NCBI GenBank assembly: GCA_024679065.1
Contig: JAGIQG010000019.1
Location: 7,254,001-7,318,000, forward strand
Direction: 5' to 3'
Length of the DNA: 64,000 nucleotides
Source of the DNA: Sphyrna mokarran
Taxonomy: Eukaryota
The position numbers and the translations under genes were made by a program. This document shows, piece after piece, positions 37,230-50,149 of this stretch; position 1 is the stretch's first letter; the number at the start of each line of letters is the position of its first letter. The notes below the pieces were generated by a model. The model did no database searches, was not told the DNA's origin, and saw only the letters and a program-made list of their open reading frames with translations.

Positions 37230-38270
37230 TACAACATGCTTTTGAGATAGGGAAATGGTATTTGATAAATTTATCAGAGTTCTTTGAAGAAATAACTAGC
37301 CAGGTAGATAAGGGAGGACTTGAAGACTTGCTGTGCTTAGCGTTCCAAAAGGCCTTCGACAAAGTGCCACATCAATGATTGCTACACAAAATAACAGCTT
37401 GTGGTGTAGGGATTTTTTTTTTTAAGCAGGGATAGAAGATTAGTCAGTTAATAGGAACAAGTAGACAAATGGAAATTTTTGGGTTGGCATGATGTAATGA
37501 GTGGAGTGCCACAGGAATCAGGGCTGGGACCTCAACTACTTACTATCGACATTAATGATTTGGATGGAAGGGCCAATAATAGTTGCTATTTTTGTGTCAG
37601 AAAATATAGGTAGGAAAGTTATTTGTGAAGAGAATAAGGGATTTGCAAAGGGATAAAGATACATTAAGTGAGTGAACAAAAGTGTAGCAGACAGCACTTC
37701 ATGTGGGAAATTGTGAACTTGCTCATTTTGATAGGAAGAATAGAAAAGCAGCAAATTATTTAAATGATGAGAGATTACAGAACTTTGAGGTACAGAGGGA
37801 TCAGGGTATCCTGAGGCATGGACAACAGCATTGGAATGCAGTTAGCAAGTCATTAAAAATAGAAGCTCTTTATTGCAAAGGGAATGGAAAATAAAATTAG
37901 GAATGCTTAGCTGCAGGTACAAAGCGGATAAGTGAGACCACATGTAGAGTACTGGTGTCCTTATTTAATAAAGGACATAGTCACATTAGAAGCAGCTCAG
38001 AGAAGGTTTACTAGACAGATTCCTAGAAAGAGGGGGTTATCTTATGAGAAAAGGTTAGATCTGTATCCATTGGAGTTTAGAAAATGGCAAGGTGATCTTA
38101 CTGAAACATACAAAATCCTGAGGTAGCTTGACAGAGTGGAGGAATGTTCCGTTATGGGGGAGACTAGAACTAGGGGCTACCGTTAAGAATAAAGGGCCAC
38201 CCATTTAAGATAAAGATGAGGAGAAATGTTTGAAGGTTGAGATTGTGGAACTGTCTTCTCAACAGAGTGC
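37230..38270 (+). mobile_element. Decayed CR1 LINE RT/C-terminal fragment (intron 6)
   Basis: ttccaaaaggccttcgacaaagtgccaca ([10 protein letters not shown]); ORF 37932 RPHVEY...AQRRFTR...GDLTETYKILR. Confidence 0.85.
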
Positions 38271-38819
38271 AGACAGGCGAGGGAATTTTTTTGTCCAGCC
38301 TGCCATGGGAATTGTAATGGGCGGGAGAGAGGACCATGCAAAGATCCACTGACCTCAGGCTGGATTTTCTGGTTTTGGAGCTAGTGCAGCCAGAAAATGC
38401 CACCCAGGTCTTTGAATATTTCAAAGACTTTCCTAATAAGATGGTATTGGATTAAATTCCTAATTTGTGCTAAAATAGTTGTTCATTGCTGTCTCTAATG
38501 AAACTTCCGTAATTGGTACAAATTAAGGAAGGAAAGGAAGTTAGATAGAGATTAGGAGTGGCAATTCTATTTTAAACTAGTTAGAAAGCATGCATGTTGG
38601 CACTCTAATCAAGTCAATTGATTGGGCATTTTTTTAAAAATTTAGTCATGGAATATCAGCATCCCTGATGAGAATAACATTCACTGCCCATTCTAACTGC
38701 CCTCTGTATTCTCAGACTGTGTTGTCCTAAAGGTGCAATATAAAAAGCATGTTCTGGTTGAGGTGTTCCTAGTACAAACAACATTCATACATTCAAATTA
38801 GGCTATCAATCTTTAGCCA

Positions 38820-39355
38820 ATGTATTGTGTGGAAGCAGATACAATAGTAACTTTTAAGGGGCATCTTGACAAACACATGAATAGGATGGGAATAGAGGAA
38901 TACCATCCCTGGAAAGGTAGGGAGTTTTAGTTTTAGTGCAGGCTTGGAGGGCTGAAGGGCTTGTTCCTGTGCTGTAACTTTGTTTGCTAATTGTATGATA
39001 AATGCTGATCCTTCTTATGGAGGGGTGATTTGATTGAGGTGTACAAAATTTGAGGGAAAGAGATAGAATGGACATGATAAAATTGTTTCCATTGGTGGAG
39101 AACTCTAGAACTAGGGGCATAGATAAATGGCAGTAGGTGCAGAAACTACACGAGGAAGATCTTTTTATGCAAAGGGCAGTGGGTATCTGGAATTCGCTGC
39201 TCAAGTTAGTGGCGGAGGCAGAGACCCTAAACTCCACTTATGGGTGCTGTAAGATACAGGTTGCAGGAAGGTGGGATTAGAAAGGGCACCTGGTGTCCTT
39301 GGGTTGGCATGGACAAGATCACTGAATGGCCTCCTTCTGTCCTTTCTATAGTTGT
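38820..39355 (+). mobile_element. Two CR1 3' tail fragments
   Basis: Tails agggctgaagggcttgttcctgtgctgtaa and ctgaatggcctccttctg; preceded by gattgaggtgtacaaaatt-type ORF2 end. Confidence 0.75.
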
Positions 39356-39874
39356 ATGTATCATGAAATTCCTACAGTGCAGGAGGCTGCCATTTGGCCC
39401 AGTCTGCACCAACACTTCAGAGTATTTTACCCATGCCCTCTATGTCCACCCACGTATTAATCCTTCTTATTCCCCTAATCTACACATCTTGGGACAGTAA
39501 AGGACAATTTAGCAATGCCAAATCCCCTGCACATCTTTGGACTTATCACTGGCTTTTCCTCCCATCCCCAAGTTACTTCTGGAGCTCTCCAAGAATCTGC
39601 TCATAATAGCATGCTCTTCAATATCTACCAGAATCTCCTTAGCCACATTATTCTGAGACCCAAGATCTACTTTAAACTGATGACACCAAGCTCTTCCTGA
39701 TATTTTGTGGCTCACTATTTGAAATATCTCAATTTCAAATCTGATCGTGTTTCAAATCCTTTGCAGTTTCAGCCCTTCCCATTTCTATATTTTCCTCCAG
39801 CTTTACAACAAACCCCCCCCAACTTTTTGTCTGACTGACTCTGACCTTCTGTGTGCTTTCTTACACTTGACCAT

Positions 39875-40375
39875 AAAACATAGGAATAGGCCAATAGGCC
39901 CATCAAATCTGTTCCACCATTCAATGAGATCATGACTAATGTCTTGTGATAATCCTCAACTCCACTTCCCTGCATTAGACTGATAACTCTTGATTCCTTT
40001 AAAAAAATTGCAATCTTGAACATACTTAACATAATCTCTACAGCTCCCTGCAGGAAAGAATTCCACAGATTTAATACCTTCAGAAGGAATTCCTCCTCAT
40101 CTCTGTCTTAATTCAGTGACCCCTCACAATAAGATTATACCTTTTGGTCCTCGTCTCTCCCACAAAGAGAACCAATCTCTCAGCATCTACCCTGTCAAGT
40201 CACCTGAGAATTATACACATCTCAAAAAGGTTGCCTCCTTCTTCTAAATGAATATAGGCCCAACCTACTCAACATCTCCTCATAAGAAAAACCAGAATCA
40301 ACCTAGTGAACCTTTGCTGGACTGTCTCCAATGCCACTATATCTTGCGTTAGATAAGGGGACCAAAACTGTTGTT
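39875..40375 (-). mobile_element. CR1 3' fragment
   Basis: aacataggaataggcc...ccaccattcaatgagatcatg tail and ORF2-end remnants on the minus strand. Confidence 0.75.
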
Positions 40376-41720
40376 TGGTAAATGTGCTTCCAGCCACTGA
40401 GCCTCAAACATTTCTTCCCAAGTATTTCAATCTCTCCAACTCCTTCCTCTAAAAATTTTCTTAATGACGTCTTCATTTTGGTCACTGCTCTGTTGGTTTG
40501 CCATCAGTTTTTGTCTTATTATTGTTTCTTTTTTGAACTGTTTTAAGAAATTATCATAAAGACTGACATTTAATTAAGGAAAAGGAACAAAACATTTTAA
40601 AAATCAGTAATTTCACACAAGCATCAGGCTAATATTTATTAGTGGATTAAAGATTATTTAATCTCAGAGTTTATGCAGTGCTGAAGTGACTAGGTTATCA
40701 GAAATACTGTTCAATTTGACATGAATATTCTTGCTTTTTATTTATTGCTTCATATGAAACATACATAGGAATTCTAAAAGAAAATATCTACTCTTAATAG
40801 ATGTCTATTACACATTACCTACATTGGCCTACACCCAGAGCCTAGGAGAAGGGGTATCATCAGGGTTTATGCTTGGGAGGAGGAGGGGGCCAAGCAGATC
40901 TAGGCTCATTAACAGGCTGCTCAGCCAATCAGGATGACTACTTTGCACAATGACCAATCCAGAGCATTGACTGACTGGCTACTCTGCCAGTGATTGTTGT
41001 GTTCAGAACAACAGCATTCATTGGCTGAGTAGGACATGCCAGATTTCTCAGCCCCATAATTTGCACTTACCTCATGCAAGGATTGTTGTGTGTCTGTTTT
41101 ATTGGAGTCTGCTTCACTTAAGACCTGACTGCAGACTGCTGGAGTGCAAAGTAAGATAAAACGCCTCTACTCACAGGAGGCCTTAGCCTGACCCGACTTC
41201 CTCCTCCTTGATGGTGTGGTTCCTTCCCCAGCATCTACTACCTATTCCCACCCTGATCTCCACCCTCCATTCTGGTGGCATGGCCCCCTTCTCCCCCTCA
41301 ATGGCGTGGCCCCTTTCTTGGCTGCTCCCCAACCTCCTTCCTCTTGATGGTATTGCCCCTTCCGTGCTCTCCACCACCTCCCACTTTGCCCTTCCCACTG
41401 CCATTGTCTTTACTTTACCTGTCAATTGGTTAATAGTGTGCCTTTCAGAACTTCACAAACATGTTTCTTTCAGGTATCTCAGCTAGAGTGAAATAATTCT
41501 CTAGTGAATGCAGTTATGTAGGTAATTCTGACACCCAACTTGCACTTAGCAAGATTCCCAAACAGAAAGGACCAAAGGCTGTGACTGGGCTTGAAATTGG
41601 ATCAATGGGTGCTAAAGTTCCAAAATGCGTACATTCAATATGTTAAAGAAGAAAACTTAATCACATTATCCATAATACCATTTAAGATGGTTACTTGCCA
41701 CATTTGAGCAACAAACTTAC

Positions 41721-41881
41721 CAGAGCAAACAGATTAACTTGAAAATGAAGTACTTCCACTTCCTTATCAGTTATTTCTGTGCTAAGTCCTTTATATTCAT
41801 TTAAAGCTTCAAGATAGGATTTCAACCATTGTAATTGAACAGTTTTACTTGGATACAAATTGTAATCAACTTCATTTACAC
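41721..41881 (-). CDS. ETNK2: Ethanolamine kinase exon 6
   Basis: ccttag|GTGTAAAT...GCTCTG|gtaagt; 161 nt; VNEVDYNLYPSKTVQLQWLKSYLEALNEYKGLSTEITDKEVEVLHFQVNLFAL. Confidence 0.95.
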
Positions 41882-42461
41882 CTAAGGTAGAAAAGGAGAT
41901 GAGAATATACATATGAATACATGACAACTGACCCATAGGTTACATCCAAGTTTTCCAAACACTTCATGCTGTGGGATCTCCAGTGACTCCCAAGTGCATC
42001 AGGGGATCCCAAACATTATCATATTCATAGCTCCATGCCATGTACTAGATGTGAACACAAATCAAATCTAAACAAGTCTTATCTAGTTATATCTATGCTA
42101 ATAATAAGAATGAGGATGAAGCACACAGTCACAAATACATTGTGTGGCACCCTCATGTTAACCCCTAGCACACTATCCTTCCGTGATCCCTTAGCATTAG
42201 CCACCTGAAGAAATCTGGTAATGAATAAGAGACTTCATTGTGAAAAAAGTGAAGTCTTATGTACTTTCACTTTTAATGGAAAATGTAATGCTGGAAAGGA
42301 CGCATATACTTCTCTTGTGCATACATCTCTTGCTCTCAAAGCCACCCATCTCCCCCTCTCACACACAAGCCCCCCTCACGCGCATACACTCCCTCATACA
42401 AGCAGTAATGTCTCCTCCATACATACCCATACATGTTTTCCATACATGCACATGTGGACAA

Positions 42462-43445
42462 TACAGTGGCATAATGGTTAGCATGCTGCCTCAACATCAC
42501 TATCTGTATGGAGTTTGCATGTTCTCCCTGTGTCTGCATGGATTTCCTCCAGGTGCTCTTGTTTCCTCCCACAACCGGAGCACCTGGAGGAAAACCGCAC
42601 GAACACGAGGAGAATGTGCAAACTCCATACAGGCAGTGAACCAAGCCAGGAATCAAACCCAGGTCCCTGGCACTGTGTACCATGTTGCCCACTTTCAGAG
42701 ATTCAATTTGCGAAAACAAAAAAAGAATTTATTCAGGAGAATTGTTCAGCAGCCTATGCACCAAGGTCTACACATGTTTTTCTGCCCAAGAGAGGACTCT
42801 ACCTTCTGGGGTGATTACCCATTCTGAGATCCAACTGCTTCCCAAATACAGGTGCACCTTACTCTGCTGTGTTGCCCTTAAAGGGGCAATCACCTCAAAT
42901 TACAACATCCCTCCCCCTTTAACTTCTTTACACAATCAATAGTTCAGTTGCTCAATTCTAAATACTAACTAAACATTACCTTCATGAATTGATCATAATT
43001 TGAGTCTTTTATCCGTTTCTTATATAGATTCATAGTATCCCTACGTGCAGAAGCAGACCATTTGTCCCATCAAGTCTGCACCAACTCTCTGACAGACACC
43101 GTACAAGCCCTATCCCCACAGCCCCACATATTTATCTAATTTCCCTACCCCATACACCTTGGGATACTAAGAAGCCCAAGATGAGGATAGGGGGATTAGT
43201 GGGTAAATATGTAGGAACATGGTGGAGGGCCTGGGTAGGATTGTGGTTGGTGTAGACTCAATGGGCCAAATGGCCTCTTTCTGCACTGTAGGGTTTCTAT
43301 GATTCTATGTGCTGGTTTGGTGCATTGCCCATGCTAAATTCTCCCTCAGTATACCCAAACTGGTGCTGGAGTGTAGCAACTGGGCTGCTTTTCACAGTAA
43401 TTTCATTGCAGTGTTAATGTAAACCTACCTGTAAATACAAAACTT
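42462..43445. mobile_element. Rearranged HE1 SINE cluster (head +, head -, spacer, tail -, tail +)
   Basis: V-domain on + 42495-42570 directly followed by V-domain on - 42572-42680; tails on - 43010-43170 and on + 43190-43308. Confidence 0.85.
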
Positions 43446-43589
43446 TAAAACTTCTTTCTCAGACAGATACACCCCACCTCATGCCCTCTCACACACCCCA
43501 CCCCACACTCTCTGAAAAAGTGGGCAGCATTTTTGAAATGTGCCTGTCTTGTTTCAGGGACCCAGTTTGGGATTACTTTAAGATTTAAG

Positions 43590-43895
43590 AGCAACACAGC
43601 ACGGGAAACAGGCCCTTCGGCCCAACGAGCCCGCGCTGCTGTCATAACTATATAGTAGCAATTCCATTATCCTATTCTAAATTTAGGTTATTCCTAATAT
43701 GGAAGACTCTCACTATAGGGACAATTTGTTTCCCAATCAGCCTAAGAGCGAATTTTTGGGTTGTGGGAGGAAACCGGAGCGCCCGGAGGAAACCCACGCA
43801 ACCACGGGGAGAACGCGCAAACTCCCGCAGACACCGGCCCAATTCCAAGTGTCGGCACAGCTACAGCGATAGTCACTGAGCTGTCATGGTGCCCT
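43590..43895 (-). mobile_element. V-SINE (CpG-rich, young)
   Basis: ggaaaccggagcgcccggaggaaacccacgcaaccacggggagaacgcgcaaactcc. Confidence 0.8.
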
Positions 43896-44126
43896 TCAGA
43901 TGGTCCAGATAAAGCACTCATTTACGACATGAAGCACCAGGCAACCCATGAATCAACATCCAAGAGCTGTCCTCGCACCACCTGCCAAATGCATGCTCCT
44001 TGTTGGTCAAGTACGGACCGAATTACCTGTGGAAAAAAAAGCCATAGTTATACAGTCCTACTATATCCCTCTATCTGCATACCGCTCATGTGGCTTAAGT
44101 GCAAGCAGAATTTTTAGGAATCATAC

Positions 44127-44210
44127 CTGCAAATTCATTGAAATGGTTCCCAATGTCAAATGCCTGATAGTTGTAGCCTGCATATTCATAATCAATGAAT
44201 CTCACGTGAC
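44127..44210 (-). CDS. ETNK2: Ethanolamine kinase exon 5 (choline/ethanolamine kinase motif)
   Basis: cttaatag|GTCACGTG...GCAG|gtatga; 84 nt; GHVRFIDYEYAGYNYQAFDIGNHFNEFA(G). Confidence 0.96.
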
Positions 44211-44719
44211 CTATTAAGAACACAAAATAATTGACGCATGGACTTAAGTATTAGATAAACAGGCAAATGTCTTTAAAAAAAAGAATCAATTCCTACCATT
44301 TAAGTTTTAACATGAGCTGTGCAATGCTACACATTACATAGACCAGTTCAGCCAAGTGAAAACTATTGCAATGTGATATTGCCACACACATTTCCTTCCA
44401 CACTGCATCTAACCTTTCTCCCTCATGCTCTTATTTGTTCCATGTCAAAGGTACCTATTCTCTTCACCTCAACTCTATCTGGCACCAGGTCTCACATTCC
44501 ACCTGCTTGCTAAAGAAGATTCCCCCTGAATTTATTATTTATCAGTGACCATCTCATAATTACAGTCCTTAGATTTTGATTAATTTCACCCAACTTTATC
44601 AATACTGGCTTTTAGTAAATTTAAATAAATTTTAAGCTTCATACATTGGTGAGTTTGTTCTGAATTAATTTCCTGACTATTAATTCTAAAACAATTGTAA
44701 TACTGGAGTCTTTGTCCAT

Positions 44720-45605
44720 TACACAACAGCAACCATGTGGCCACAATGAATGCAAATCAATGCCAGTAAACATGGAGATGACTCTCCTGAGAGATAACCT
44801 GAACAAGGATTCATACTAGCAGCTGTCTTCATCCCAGTCTTCAGTTCTGCTTTAACACGGTCGTGTAATGGTCACTCACTGTCTTTAATGTCCTTAATTT
44901 ATATCTGAAGATGTCTTTTCCCTTAGTATGAATTTTCCTTGTGAAATTTTCCATTGCCTTCTTAGCACCATTCACCACTTCTTCCAAAGTTTCCATTGAT
45001 ATTTTCTGTGTCACTGTCTCATTAAAGGAAACCAGTCTCTGCCTGATGACGAGACTTGCTGGTACAAAATTAAGCCTTCGATAAGGCTCCTCATGCCAGG
45101 CTAATACAGAAGGTGAAGTTATATGGGATCCAAAGTGAGCTGGTAAGATGGATACAAAACTGAGTTGGGCATAGAAAGTAGAGAGTAGCAATGGAAGGAT
45201 ACTTTTCCAACTGGAGATCTACGACAAGTTTGTTCCTCAAGGATCAGCGTTGGGATCTCGTTTGTAATACATACAATGATTTAGCAGAAGTTAGACTTTG
45301 GAATGCATAGTCAGTGTTTTTCCCCCAGAGTTGAAGGGTAAATTACCAGGTGATATGGTTGAATGCAAGAGGGAGGAAGTTTAAATAGAGATGCAAGGAG
45401 CAAGCTTTTCACACAGAGGGTGGTCAATGTGTGAAAAGCACTGCCAGAGGAGGTGGTGGAAGCAAATTCCATAACAATGTTCAAAAGGCATCTGGACAGA
45501 TACATATATAGGCAGGGAATTGAGAGATATGGACCATGTCAAGACAAGAAAGTACTAGATCAGAGAGACAGTGTCGACAGACTTGGTAAGCTGAAGAGCC
45601 TGAAC
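44720..45605. mobile_element. CR1 fragments in opposite orientations (minus about 44720-45110, plus about 45115-45605)
   Basis: Plus part: ttcacacagagggtggtcaatgtgtga...ttcaaaaggcatctggacaga. Minus part: cttagcaccattcacc and ORF2-like remnants. Confidence 0.7.
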
Positions 45606-47754
45606 AGCTCTTTGTCTCAGGGGCACAACATATTGGATGAACGGAGCTAATAGTTCTTGCAAAATTAATTATATTTATGTAGTTCTATTTAATCACTGCT
45701 GTTGTCATGTATTGACTTACTGTTTGTAATCAAAGAGGTCAGAAGTGATTTTGTACCTTGTACCATCATAATTCCATACCAAAATAAAAGCCAAATTCTC
45801 TCATCTAAGAAAAAAGAAGAAAGGGAAGCCCAAGACACCTAGACTATTGATGCTGCATCAGGAAATTTATCAATTGATTTGCTGCTTAACTGATTTTTTC
45901 AAATAGATAGGAGTACAGTAAATAACAATGATTATGAAAGCGGGTGTGCTTGGAAATTGCTCAGCATACAGAATCAGTTATTTTAATTAATCTATAACAA
46001 AACTACTCAAGTGAAATGGTTAAAAACACTAAAATCATTGAATGTAGCAGAGTTCCCCTGTGAATTGAGTACAGCATAGTTCCTGGAGGAGCTGCTATGA
46101 ATATGTTTCAGTGCAGTTCTCACAATTAACTGTGACCTTCCACAGTAAGTTCATCTTCCAAATCAATTAGATTGAAAATGTATTTTTGGTAAATTGTGTT
46201 CATCAAGATGCTGTCCAGGAATCTTTGGAAGAAGATGGGTTTTCTACTTTGGATATTGATATTAGGCAAATCCAGTTCAAAGATGGACCACAAATGATGT
46301 AGAAAAAAAGCTCAGTGAGACTAATACTGTCCCTTACCTCACAATTCAGAAAACATCTAGCCTTTAGAGAAGTGTCAAGTTTCACAATTGGGATTGTCAA
46401 TTTAGTGCATTCTGTAAACCCAGAGCCATTAGGCAACTCAATTACATATTTTACAACCCAGAATCTTACAGCCAGCAGAGAATAAAAAAACCAAAGCTTC
46501 CATATCCTTCAGTGCAGTCTGGGAACAACATAACACTAATGTACTACACTCACAGAATACATCAATAGACTTTCACTGTGGGAAGCATATTTAATCTTCA
46601 ACTTGTTAGGCAAACAGAAACTTTGCGCAGGTTCAATTTTCAATAGCAATATAGTGTTTTAGATTAAAATATAATGTTTTAAGCGTTTGAATTATACACA
46701 TAAAAATACTGCACAACTGTGTAAAATGTAATGGTATTTCATGCTGTATATAAAGAAAATCATAAACAAATATTAAAGACTGCAGCATACTAAGTACTCT
46801 GATAACTTGACTACTTCAACATTCAAAAATTCACAAAATTCCTGATGTGTTTGACATTATAACTGTACCTGTGTTTCACAGGTTCCTGTTTTGTGTTGTT
46901 TCCAAATATATAGTTGTTTGTTAAAATGTCAAGAGACTTACAAATTAAATAATTATCACCCAGTGCATAAAAGGTTTAGAGATAGCTCATCTTCATTAGC
47001 GTTGGAGGGTTGAACAACAAAAATTCCCAATCTCTCTTTTAACAAAGTGGTGAACTGCAGTAACCTGCTCACGAAATCTCTAGATAAGTGTTCATAACTA
47101 TGCATTTTTAATCAACACAATTTATATTCTTCCCACCAGGTGATTCTTATTCCCAAGTTTCTAAAGGAAACTTGCAAACAGGCTGAGAAGCTGAAGTTTC
47201 TTAAATAAGATGTTTCTTGCAAAGTTTCCTACATTTTTAAGGAGAACCATAAAAGGATGAGTCAATTATACATCCACATGCCTACTAAGTGTCAAATTCA
47301 TGAATTGCAGAAAGGCATTTTGGCACTCAAGGAACACAAACTGACAGGGTTCAATTAACTATTTAAATGATTTCCCCAAATTCAAATTAACTAATATACA
47401 TAAAATTTTGGAAATTATTTCCTCTACTAGAAAAACCTTAAACTGATAACACTTAAATCAACAGGAAGAGATATAAGAAAAGCTGAATTTAGAGAACTGA
47501 ACTTGTCATTCTTTGGAATTTCTTGGATTTGATCCAAATTCCAAGTGAAAAAAACTGAACAGATTTGAATCCAGCATTCCCATTTGGAAGAATGCAGAAC
47601 AGAAAAGCTTTTTTTTGGTTAACATGCACTTTTTAAAATTTTTCTCCTTCCTCTGCATGTCAACATAAAGCAGACTGATCTTCAAGTTACACAAGAATTG
47701 TCAGAGATTCGATGTGAAAATATCTTACTTTCTAATGACCGAAGCTTGCCTTAG

Positions 47755-48090
47755 AAACAGAAAATAGGGAGTAGGCCATTCCACCCTCAAGCTTGCTCCA
47801 CCATTCATTACGATCATCCAACCCAAAGCCCTGACTGTGCCTTCCCCCTATATCCTTTGATCCCCTTCACCAAGAGGTACCTTTAACTCCTTAAAAACAG
47901 CAAAACCATGTTTTGGCCTCAAATCCTGTGGTAGCAAATTGCACAGGCGCACTACCCTCTGGTTGAAGAGATTTCTTCACATCTCGGTCCTAAAAAAGGT
48001 TAATCCATATTGTTAGACTATGACCCTGGGTTCTGGCTAACAACCACCATCCCTTTCCACATCTATTCCTGTTAAAATTTTATAGGTGGG
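47755..48090 (-). mobile_element. CR1 3' tail fragment
   Basis: agaaacagaaaatagggagtaggccattcc...gctccaccattcatt; same family as 12806-13330. Confidence 0.75.
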
Positions 48091-50149
48091 CTAAGAATTA
48101 AAGCAGATCTAATGAAGAAAAGCATTACGTCTAAAACAGTAGTTGTTAAAACCAAATATGTGGCTTTATCTGGTATAGATCAGGATTCTGAAGTCAAATG
48201 GGCATCACAGCTGCCAGCGAGGACAGAAAATTTGGCACTTAGCCAAAGTCCATTCACTGCAGTGGGAATTGGAGAATCCTAACTGTCGGTAGGCTGGAGA
48301 ATTCTGGCCATAGACCTCATCCAAATTGGGGACCTTTATCTTGTCATATAAACATCAACCATCAATCCAAAAATAATTAATAGTCTTGTTACTAGTCTTA
48401 GCTATGATACTGCATCACTAGAGTGTATCTTATTGCATATAATTTATTAAAAAATAAAAGTTCAAACATTACCTGGAATTGGCATTTAATTCGGTGAACT
48501 GACCTACAGAAATAAAACTTTTGCAAACTTTACAAATTTACAGCTATATAACCAAACGTTACAATTGACAAATAGTTTGTTGCACATGGAATATATTTTT
48601 TTAAAATGTAAAAGTAAACCGTCCAAGTTGAAAATTTATAGACAAAAATGATGCATCTTAGAAAAAAAATTAGAGTCTGACATTTACTCTACACTGATAC
48701 CTCAGATAAGCAGTAAACAGGTATCTGAAATATGGGCATAAACTTAGACCATACAATACAATGAAGCATTGATGAACTTTGACCAAATTGACTGCTCTCC
48801 CATGGGGAGGTGTGAACAAGTGTGTGATTAAGCTCCAGCCAATGCACTACGACAGTACAGTATAGCAGTTTGGGCAGCACACCTAATACACTGCAAAAGA
48901 AAATCTGGCAATTTTCAGAAAGCAAAATTTGATTTGAACAGTTGAAATGTTTTCCTTAAGCATTTGAACAACGAACAGCCTGTTCAGAGGAAAAGTCAAT
49001 AAAAAAAATTTCCTTCTGTACAACAGTGTTTCAAATGCAACAATTTAAAATCAGCCATTTTACTACCAAATTCACATTTAATGTAGAGCTTTGAGTTTCA
49101 ATGCCTGGAATTTGATGGCACTGGAAATGCAGAGACAAGAATCTTTTTGGAGATGTTCTATGTTCCCTACTTTATCATGATAATCTGGATGCATCTTGTA
49201 AATTAAGGTGCTTCTTGCAAGGAACTATGAAAACGTGCACTTGAAATGAAGTTTTCGGTGTAAATCTGGTTCCTTCAGCAAAAAAAATGGAATATATCAT
49301 AACAACCCAACAAATCTCTCAAAAAAAAAAGCTACCAAAAGAAAACTTGAAATTAAGAGTAGGCTTTTCTGCATATTTAGTTTCCCTGAGATTCATCCTC
49401 TTTCAGTCATCCACCTGCATATTTATATTTTACAGATAAATGAAATACAATAAAGATATTAACCCTCAAATTATTTGTTGAGGCACAGAGGTTATGATCT
49501 AGAATATTTCCCAGAATTAGCCAAGAACATGACAGTATCGAAAGCGAATTGAATCGGCAGTCAATATGATGGATCACAGAGCTAGTGGAGCTGAGTGAGG
49601 AAGGGATGAGGAAAATAAGGGATAGGACTTGAACCACAGTTTCAGAGCATTTGTAATATGGCAAGTGCACTCAAGTCAATCTGATTCATTTATTTGTGAA
49701 AACAAACACACTTGCTGCCAATTCAAAGGAGGATGTGCTGGAGGTAGCATATCAAGCCTGCTTGGATTAAAAGGATAGCATTGAAGTGCCATTGTCTAAA
49801 CTTTCTCATACATTTCACCACAAAGAAGGGAAAGTGGAAAGTATAAATTACTTCTCTAATAAGATGGGCATAAAACTGTTTTTGAAGGAGGGTTCGAATA
49901 GAGAACAGGCTGCCTCACCTCCAAAAATTGAGAACAAGACTGAAATATGTAGTCCACACAATTTATAATTACACTTCAATTTTTTTTCATCCCAGTCTGC
50001 CTGACCACACAATGATGGCCTGCCAGTATTATTCTGAGCCAATTCTTGGAGGTGGTCAACTCAGTTTCCTATTCCCTTGTGAAAATACGCTGAATTTCCA
50101 TTCAACAGCTCCCATTTGAAGTCAGAAATGTAACATCACAAGAAAAACC

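Noticed and set aside
42240-42827. 195-aa ORF and overlapping antisense ORFs
   Set aside because: Runs through a CA-rich low-complexity tract and the inverted SINE pair.
49407-49445. KYKYAGG peptide resembling a duplicate (mutually exclusive) exon 5
   Set aside because: No FIDYE or NHFNEF similarity, an immediate stop and no matching splice sites. I found no second exon-5 copy.
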